From a virus: a DNA stretch of 45,402 nucleotides. Under the pieces are notes generated by a model, which saw nothing but the letters and a program-made list of their open reading frames with translations, ran no database searches and had not been told where the DNA came from. Location of the stretch: IMG/VR virus record IMGVR_UViG_3300039454_000092; one strand, 5' to 3'. Numbering within the stretch: the stretch's first letter is position 1; every line of letters starts with the position of its first letter. The position numbers and the translations under genes are program-made. Of the stretch, positions 40,207 to 45,402 are shown in pieces.

Positions 40207-40767
40207 TCACCTGGCACGCGCCGTCTTGCGCGGTGGCGACTTGCGCGCTGGTGATTTGCGCGCTGGCGATTTCCGCGAGGGGGATTTGCGCTGCGGCGAT
40301 TTCGCCGGCGACTTTGCAGCTGCCTTTACAGCGGTTCGGACCGTGGCGCGCGTCGCGCGCTTCGCCTTCGCGGGTGCAGCACGCTTTTTCGCGGGGGCCC
40401 GCGCCTTGGGTGCGGGTGGTTCGACCTGTGCCTTCGCCTTCACGCGCCGCGCGGACGTTGGCTTCGGTGCGGACGGTGCGGACGGTGCGGACGGTGCGGA
40501 CGCAGCGAGAGGGGCCGCAGCAGGGGCGGGCGTCGCTTTCATCTCGGCCCCGCCGTTCTCTGGCGGATAGAGGTCGGGGCGCAATTCAGTGCGGGGTATG
40601 CCGGTGATTGCTTCAATCTGGAGGACTCGATGAGGTGGGACGCGATGCCAAGCGTAGATTGAAGGTGGTTTAACGCCCAAGCGCAAGGCCAGGGCTTGCG
40701 AGCCGCCCGCGGCATCGACCGCCCGCTTTATCACCGGGTCAACGGCATCCGTGTGTATGAAGCTCAT
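40207..40767 (-). CDS. Cro/YdaS-type HTH regulator fused to a histone-H1-like basic repeat tail
   Basis: The N-terminus GGSQALALRLGVKPPSIYAWHRVPPHRVLQIEAITGIPRTELRPDLY fits the YdaS/Cro pattern. The C-terminus contains SAPSAPSAPSAP followed by KSPAKSPQRKSPSRKSPARKSPARKSPPRK. Confidence 0.75.
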   Translation of the reverse strand: MSFIHTDAVDPVIKRAVDAAGGSQALALRLGVKPPSIYAWHRVPPHRVLQIEAITGIPRTELRPDLYPPENGGAEMKATPAPAAAPLAASAPSAPSAPSAPKPTSARRVKAKAQVEPPAPKARAPAKKRAAPAKAKRATRATVRTAVKAAAKSPAKSPQRKSPSRKSPARKSPARKSPPRKTARAR

Positions 40768-40879
40768 GGCGCAGCACCATACCAGCGCTGCTCAGTGTTA
40801 GTAGGCCACACCTAAGTTACCACGGGCGGGTCGGTTCGATCACATCTCGAAATCCATGCCAACCTTTAACTAAATTCTA

Positions 40880-40909
40880 TTGACCGATCGCTTAGGTAAT
40901 CCCTAAGTT
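40880..40909 (+). promoter_or_regulatory. Rightward early promoter candidate overlapped by CCTAAG/CTTAGG operator-like sites
   Basis: TTGACC (40880-40885)-N18-TAAGTT (40904-40909) is the promoter match. The inverted pair CTTAGG-taatc-CCTAAG lies at 40891-40907. A further ACCTAAGTTACC lies at 40810-40821. Confidence 0.45.
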
Positions 40910-40952
40910 CCTCCCCGCCGGTCACTGCCGACCGACCCGAGGAACACTGCCG

Positions 40953-41300
40953 ATGTTCATCACGCCCCTGACAACGCCAGCCGAGCAACTTGCGCGGCTA
41001 GCGCTTGATGTTACCGATTTCGCCGACGATCTCTATCGAAACAGTTGCAGTCTAGGACAAGCCGTCGAGAAGGCACTTAGCGCAGCAATTCAGGAGTGGG
41101 AACACGACGGATTCTATCCGTTCTCGCACCTGGAAATGCCCCTCCCCGAGGCCCTGATCGAGGCCGCTCGTTCGTCACTCGCAACCCATGGCGAGAAACT
41201 GATTCAGGAACACGAGTGCGAGATCGCCGCCGTCGCCTACCTGGATGAGGAAGGGGTTACCGCGCCGATGACCTACGAACGCTTCTGGCGGGGTGCGTGA
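40953..41300 (+). CDS. Hypothetical protein
   Basis: The 115-aa product is the first gene of the rightward operon. The gene is less GC-rich than average. Confidence 0.55.
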   Translation: MFITPLTTPAEQLARLALDVTDFADDLYRNSCSLGQAVEKALSAAIQEWEHDGFYPFSHLEMPLPEALIEAARSSLATHGEKLIQEHECEIAAVAYLDEEGVTAPMTYERFWRGA

Positions 41301-41590
41301 TGACCCAAGAGAAATGGAAGGCCGAGGTCAACGCCGCGATTCGCGCGGCGTTCGTCGGCCCCGCGCCGCGCCGCCCGGACCCCGATCCGCTCTACAGCGC
41401 CGTCGCCAAACTGGACGCGGCGATCTCGCGCCTGGTGGCACTGCGCACCCTGATCCGCGGTTCGCTGCCCGACCGCGCCGCCGAGGACCAGATGGTGGGC
41501 GTCGATTACGACCTTGAGTCGGCGGAACAGAAGCTTCGGGCCGCCTATCAGATCATCCAGCGTGCGCTTGCCGCGGACGTGACGCCATGA
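41300..41590 (+). CDS. Hypothetical protein
   Basis: The ATG is in a TGATG overlap. The ORF track starts 3 nt earlier, at a GTG. The product is 96 aa. Confidence 0.5.
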   Translation: MTQEKWKAEVNAAIRAAFVGPAPRRPDPDPLYSAVAKLDAAISRLVALRTLIRGSLPDRAAEDQMVGVDYDLESAEQKLRAAYQIIQRALAADVTP

Positions 41591-42366
41591 ACGCGATCGT
41601 CCCGGTGCCCCCGGCCGCCGCGCCAGCGGTGTCCGAGCCGCTTTCCATGCTCAATTTCATCGCCGCCGCCGTCTCGGACCCGGCCGTCGATGTCCGCAAG
41701 CTGGAAACCCTGCTCCGCATGCAGCGCGAGCTACAGGCCGATGAGGCCAAGCGCGCCTATCACCGCGCCATGACCGCGGCCCAGGCCGCAATGGTGCAGA
41801 TCGTGCGGGACACACCGAACGAACACCTGCACACCAAGTATGCCTCGCTGGAGGCGGTCGATACCGTGATCCGGCCGATCTACACCGGCCACGGCTTTAC
41901 GCTCTCGTTCGACAGCGAGCCGCTGGACGGTGACCGCATCCGCGTATGGTGCGAGGTGACCCACATCGAGGGCCACACCCGTGCCTATTCGCTGGACGCG
42001 CCCCCCGATACCGCAGGACCCAAGGGCGCGGCGAACAAGACGCCGATCCAAGGCATCGCTTCGAGCGTGAGCTACCTCCGCCGCTACCTCACGACGATGA
42101 TTTTCAACATCGTAACGAAGGGCGAGGATCAGGACGGCAACCGAACCCACCTGTTGACATCGGCTCAGAGAACCGAGCTGACCGCCCTGATGCGCGAGAC
42201 CAACACGCCGGAGGGGCGGTTTCTGGCGCACATGTACCCCGATGCCGCCCCGCCGCTGCGGGACCTCGGCGAAGCGCCCGCCCGCGACTTCCCCCGCCTG
42301 CGCAATGCGCTCGTGACCAAGCGAGAGATTTTGGCCAAGCGGGCCCAGCGGAGTGCCGCGCCATGA
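41587..42366 (+). CDS. erf: ERF-family single-strand annealing protein
   Basis: TKYASLEAVDTVIRPIY and QGIASSVSYLRRYLTTMIFNIVTKGEDQDGN match the conserved ERF blocks. Confidence 0.75.
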   Translation: MNAIVPVPPAAAPAVSEPLSMLNFIAAAVSDPAVDVRKLETLLRMQRELQADEAKRAYHRAMTAAQAAMVQIVRDTPNEHLHTKYASLEAVDTVIRPIYTGHGFTLSFDSEPLDGDRIRVWCEVTHIEGHTRAYSLDAPPDTAGPKGAANKTPIQGIASSVSYLRRYLTTMIFNIVTKGEDQDGNRTHLLTSAQRTELTALMRETNTPEGRFLAHMYPDAAPPLRDLGEAPARDFPRLRNALVTKREILAKRAQRSAAP

Positions 42367-43004
42367 AGATTATCGACGTGGAACAGGGATCGCGGGAATG
42401 GGCGATGGCCCGCCTCGGCATCCCGACCGCCTCGGAATTCCATCGGATCGTCACCCCGGTAAAGGGCGATCTATCCAGCCAGGCCCGCCGCTATGCGCAC
42501 CAGCTGGTGGCGGAAACCCTGATGGGCGAACCGCTGGAGTCCATGCTGGGCAACCTGGAATGGATCGCCCGCGGCAAGCTGATGGAGCCGCACGCCGTGC
42601 AGATGTACGAGTTCACCACCGACCTCGCGACGCGGCCCGTGGGCTTCATGACCACGGACGACGGCCGCATCGGCGCCAGCCCGGACCGGCTTGTACTGGA
42701 GATGCCTGGCGCGGTAGAGATCAAATGCACCGCGCCGCAGACCCATGTTGGCTTTCTGATCGATGGCGTCGGCGATGACTACCGGCCCCAGGTACAGGGA
42801 CAGCTTCTCGTGTCCGAACTCGACTGGGTTGACTTCTACGCCTACCACCCGACCCTACCGCCGGTCCAAATCCGCACGCATCGCGATGAGCCGTACATTT
42901 CCAGACTGCGCAGCGCGCTCGATCGGTTCTTGGAGATGCGCGACACGATGCTCGATGAGGCGCGCGAGACCGGGTTTTTCGATCGGCCGCGGAGGGTCGC
43001 CTGA
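42363..43004 (+). CDS. YqaJ-like PD-(D/E)XK recombination exonuclease
   Basis: EQGSREWAMARLGIPTASEFHRI and GASPDRLV....GAVEIKC match the YqaJ / lambda-Exo-type motifs. The start is in an ATGA overlap with erf. Confidence 0.8.
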   Translation: MKIIDVEQGSREWAMARLGIPTASEFHRIVTPVKGDLSSQARRYAHQLVAETLMGEPLESMLGNLEWIARGKLMEPHAVQMYEFTTDLATRPVGFMTTDDGRIGASPDRLVLEMPGAVEIKCTAPQTHVGFLIDGVGDDYRPQVQGQLLVSELDWVDFYAYHPTLPPVQIRTHRDEPYISRLRSALDRFLEMRDTMLDEARETGFFDRPRRVA

Positions 43005-43231
43005 TGTTGGCCGAGCGCATCCGCGCCATCGCGGCCAACCCAACGCCGGCCGCCCTGGCCGACCTCTCCGCCATTGCCGCCGAGGTGGCGCGGGTCGAAC
43101 GCGCGCTTGACGACATGACCGACGACGCGCGCGAGCAGGAGCAGCTTGCGTCCCTGGGCAGCGCCACCGTGGCGCGCGCGCATCGGGCCCGGCGCCATCG
43201 CGCCCGGCTTGCGGTGGTCGAGGGCCCATAA
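43004..43231 (+). CDS. Hypothetical protein
   Basis: The 75-aa product has a TGATG overlap with the upstream gene. Confidence 0.5.
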   Translation: MLAERIRAIAANPTPAALADLSAIAAEVARVERALDDMTDDAREQEQLASLGSATVARAHRARRHRARLAVVEGP

Positions 43232-43239
43232 ATAGAGAA

Positions 43240-43266
43240 GGCCGGTCCGGCGAATACGGAACGGCC
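43240..43266. terminator. Hairpin between convergent genes
   Basis: GGCCGGTCCG-gcgaata-CGGAACGGCC forms a 10-bp stem with one mismatch. No T-tract lies on either side. Confidence 0.35.
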
Positions 43267-43351
43267 CACCCTAAAGATGACGAGCGCGGCTGTATGTCGC
43301 CTGTTGAAGGGCTCGCTACCGACCGCCTCACGCTAGCCGGCGAATCGAATG

Positions 43352-43825
43352 CTACTGCGATGTCGGCTTGTCGTCGATTGCCCCGCCGGGCAGCAACGGC
43401 TGCCCCGGCGGGACACGCGGCGGGGCGCGCCGCACCCGAGGTGGCATTCCCGCCGCCCGGCGCACGTTATCATCCACCAACCCATAGAGCCGTGATGCGA
43501 CCCGCCGGCTCATTGGCCGCCCGCTGGCCGCCGCCGCCGCCGCCGCCGCCTGCATCAGCGGCAGCAGATGCGCGAGCTCCCCCGCATGGTCTGACATGTC
43601 GGGCCGCTTGTCCGACACCACCGCCGGCGCCAGCTTCAGCGGCCGACGCTCCGCCTCTATCTCGTGCTCGATGGCATGGGCGAGCCACGTCCCCACCGGC
43701 ATTTGCCGTCGACCCGCCGCTTCGATCGCCCGCATGCGGGCAGCCCGGGTGATCCCGCGTATTGTCCAGCGATCGTCATCCGACCCATTGTCTGACATGT
43801 CCGACCTCCTTGTCTGACGTGGCAC
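43352..43825 (-). CDS. Ribbon-helix-helix-like DNA-binding protein
   Basis: RWTIRGITRAARMRAIEAAGRRQMPVGTWLAHAI fits a beta-strand plus two helices, as in RHH proteins. The start may be ATG 43798 (MSDNG). The gene body and its upstream region carry the TGTCNGAC motif. Confidence 0.55.
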   Translation of the reverse strand: MPRQTRRSDMSDNGSDDDRWTIRGITRAARMRAIEAAGRRQMPVGTWLAHAIEHEIEAERRPLKLAPAVVSDKRPDMSDHAGELAHLLPLMQAAAAAAAASGRPMSRRVASRLYGLVDDNVRRAAGMPPRVRRAPPRVPPGQPLLPGGAIDDKPTSQ

Positions 43826-43892
43826 CGCGTAGCAGCCCGTGGCCGCCCTGTCAGCCGGAAATGTCAGACATGTCGGACACGATGTCGGACAG
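43588..43892. promoter_or_regulatory. Cluster of at least nine TGTCNGAC-type 8-mers, including three GACATGTC palindromes
   Basis: GGTCTGACATGTCGGGCCGCTTGTCCGACAC lies at 43588-43618. TTGTCTGACATGTCCGAC lies at 43789-43806 and TTGTCTGACGT at 43810-43820. ATGTCAGACATGTCGGACACGATGTCGGACAG lies at 43861-43892. Confidence 0.7.
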
Positions 43893-43912
43893 AAGGAAGG
43901 AGGGACGAAGCT

Positions 43913-44233
43913 TTGACCGCCGAAGGAGAATTCGAGAAGTCATTGAGCGCCACCGTGGGCTGGTTCCGGTCCTGGCACGTCACCGGGTCCAAGCGGCACC
44001 TGGATGCCGCTTTGATCTGCGCCAAGATCACCCGCGAGCGCTTCGTCGCAGTGCAGCAAAAACGCCGGAGCGATGCCGAAAACCGCCAGCTCATCGCCAT
44101 TGAGCGCGAGGCCGAGCGGGAAGCCACCATTACGGAGATCCGCGAGGCCATCGCCTCATGCCGCCTCGCGCTGGCCGACATGATGGGCAAGGCCAGGGGC
44201 GAACCGCCGCCGGACCAGGAGGCCGCGGCGTGA
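43913..44233 (+). CDS. Hypothetical protein
   Basis: The TTG start is preceded by AAGGAAGGAGGGA. The 106-aa product is helical and charged. Confidence 0.55.
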   Translation: MTAEGEFEKSLSATVGWFRSWHVTGSKRHLDAALICAKITRERFVAVQQKRRSDAENRQLIAIEREAEREATITEIREAIASCRLALADMMGKARGEPPPDQEAAA

Positions 44234-44253
44234 TCCTTGGAGCGCATCCCTCT

Positions 44254-44272
44254 CGCGCGCGCGCGCGCGCGC
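44254..44272. repeat. Alternating (CG)9C run
   Basis: Direct reading gives cgcgcgcgcgcgcgcgcgc. It lies in non-coding DNA 21 nt after the stop at 44233. Confidence 0.9.
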
Positions 44273-44320
44273 ATACGGGAATGTCCCCAAGTTCGCCCCG
44301 ACCCGAATTCTGGGACATTT

Positions 44321-44376
44321 GGGGGGAAATCGGGGGGAAAATGGGGGGAAATGGGGGAATGGGGGGGAATGGGGGG
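44321..44376 (+). repeat. Six phased G5-G7 tracts separated by A2-4T(C) linkers
   Basis: The sequence is GGGGGGaaatcGGGGGGaaaatGGGGGGaaatGGGGGaatGGGGGGGaatGGGGGG. The tracts start at 44321, 44332, 44343, 44353, 44361 and 44371. Confidence 0.9.
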
Positions 44377-44471
44377 AATGATTCCGGCCAACGGACCAAA
44401 AATGTCGTTGATACTTCGGAATGCCCAGAGTTCGCCCCGAGTCGGGCCGAGTCGGGCCCGAGTCTTCCGGC

Positions 44472-44765
44472 CTAGGTCTGTTCGTCAGAAGGGGAGGGAA
44501 GGGGGGGCTCGGGGTACTGGCCCGCCGGCCGCCCCGCCGCCAGCCGGGCGAAATAGTCCGCCCGCCGCTGGCACAACGCCGCATAGGCCGCCTGGCCGGC
44601 CGCCGATGCCTGCGAGCCGCGCTGGCCCCACCAGTGCGCGGCGTAAGCGTACCTCACGCTCCTACCCCTCGGGGCAGGGGCGGCCCGCCACCAGGAGCGC
44701 AGCCAATCCAGCACGGACACCGTTGCGCATGATCCGTCAGAAGGAACTGCCGGCCCGCTGGCCAA
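44472..44765 (-). CDS. Possible Trp-rich hypothetical protein
   Basis: The 97-aa product has a TTG start without an obvious SD. Third-position GC looks coding-like. It would be the last ORF of the leftward late transcript. Confidence 0.3.
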   Translation of the reverse strand: MASGPAVPSDGSCATVSVLDWLRSWWRAAPAPRGRSVRYAYAAHWWGQRGSQASAAGQAAYAALCQRRADYFARLAAGRPAGQYPEPPLPSPSDEQT

Positions 44766-44853
44766 GGCCGGCAGTCAAGGGAGGAAACCACGGATAGCCG
44801 CAGGCAAATCCGGGCCGTCGTTACTACTCTCGCGACGTTACGATTGCCAGCGA

Positions 44854-45042
44854 TCAGCTGGCTGTATCGATCGCGGTATGCACCGCGTCCAACTGATCGC
44901 GGATCGCCGCCGCTTGCGCGTCGGTGATCGTGCCACTTTCCAAGACGGATTTCGTGGACTCTACCAGGGTCGAGATCTCGGGCAGCTGCGGCGCGAGCGC
45001 CGCCAGCGCTTCCAGGACTTCCACGGCTATTGCCGCCGGCAT
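44854..45042 (-). CDS. Small hypothetical protein
   Basis: ATG 45042 lies 1 nt after the upstream stop, with AAAGGGGAA upstream. The 62-aa product is acidic and helical. The longest ORF, to 45165, is in overlap. Confidence 0.5.
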   Translation of the reverse strand: MPAAIAVEVLEALAALAPQLPEISTLVESTKSVLESGTITDAQAAAIRDQLDAVHTAIDTAS

Positions 45043-45043
45043 G

Positions 45044-45402
45044 TCAGTTCCCCTTTGGAGGTGGTGCCGGTGCATTGGCCGGCAGCAGTGATTGCAGTTC
45101 AGAAAGCGCGGCCTCAGCGACCGCCAGTGATGGCGAGCCGCCGGCCGCGACCTGCGCTTGCGCATCGGTCACCGCCTGGTAGGCGCGATCGAACGCCGCG
45201 CGGATCGAGGCCCGCGGCACACTGGCCGCACAGTCCGGGGCCGCGTAGCAGGCCAGAATAGCACGTCCGGCCGCGGTCAAGGCCGCTTGCATTTCGGCCA
45301 CCGAGGCCGAGGTAGTGGGGGCCGGCGCGCCGGGCTCGAGGTTCCCGACCGGTACGTTGACCCCGCACGCTTGCAAGGCTAGCGCGACCATGGCGCCTAC
45401 AA
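45044..45402 (-). CDS. 3' portion of the junction-spanning 241-aa membrane protein (the same gene as 1-514)
   Basis: The frame is the same as for 1-514 through the 147-bp overlap. An internal ATG at 45391 would give a 115-aa product starting MVALALQAC, which is lipobox-like. Confidence 0.55.
   Translation of the reverse strand, partial: VGAMVALALQACGVNVPVGNLEPGAPAPTTSASVAEMQAALTAAGRAILACYAAPDCAASVPRASIRAAFDRAYQAVTDAQAQVAAGGSPSLAVAEAALSELQSLLPANAPAPPPKGN
45256..45402. repeat. Terminal overlap copy 2, identical to 1-147
   Basis: Direct reading shows it is identical to 1-147. Confidence 0.95.

Noticed and set aside
40825-40850. GGTTCGATC, which resembles a tRNA T-loop, as a possible tRNA gene or attP core
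   Set aside because: No complementary T-stem, acceptor stem or anticodon arm can be drawn around it. No other tRNA-like segment was seen in the window.
43864-44584. Minus-strand ORFs (175, 142 and 89 aa) reading through the G-tract island
   Set aside because: The translations are dominated by PPIPPHSPISPHFPPDFPP-type repeats generated by the C-tract strand. There is no RBS. I treat the region as non-coding repeat DNA.

Overview
This window is a visibly GC-rich, complete tailed-phage genome, which could equally be an excised prophage or a plasmid-prophage. It is circularly permuted: bases 1-147 recur exactly at 45256-45402, giving a unit length of 45,255 bp. About two thirds of it is one minus-strand late operon, running 30529 down to 649 and then across the junction to about 44472. 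Its genes are tightly coupled through ATGA/GTGA/TGATG start-stop overlaps and follow a T7-like podovirus order. That order is a DUF5681-type small terminase, large terminase, GH24 endolysin, portal, scaffold, major capsid and a decoration-like protein. It continues with tail tubular A and B, internal virion proteins (including a 1904-aa polyvalent ejection protein with an HEFGH motif) and a beta-helix tailspike. I see no phage RNA polymerase, DNA polymerase, helicase or primase. The region 30.5-44.5 kb is a mosaic of short divergent early operons. These encode an ERF annealase plus YqaJ exonuclease, a Cro/YdaS HTH fused to an H1-like SPxK tail, and a GcrA-like regulator that points to an alphaproteobacterial host. 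They also encode a putative initiator with internal 33-bp iterons, a small serine recombinase, an XRE HTH, an RHH protein and a DUF1640-like membrane protein. The most unusual observations are these. (1) Four translationally coupled genes with Sec or lipoprotein signal peptides, three of them paralogues, sit inside the tail module. (2) Two paralogous tail-anchored mini-proteins are encoded on the opposite strand inside the late operon. (3) A DNA methyltransferase lies between the tail tubular genes. (4) A 240-bp non-coding island carries a (CG)9 run and six helically phased G5-7 tracts. (5) Short-motif arrays recur: TGTCNGAC, GGAACGC, and a family of promoter-like modules. All functional calls come from motif recognition by eye; no searches were run.
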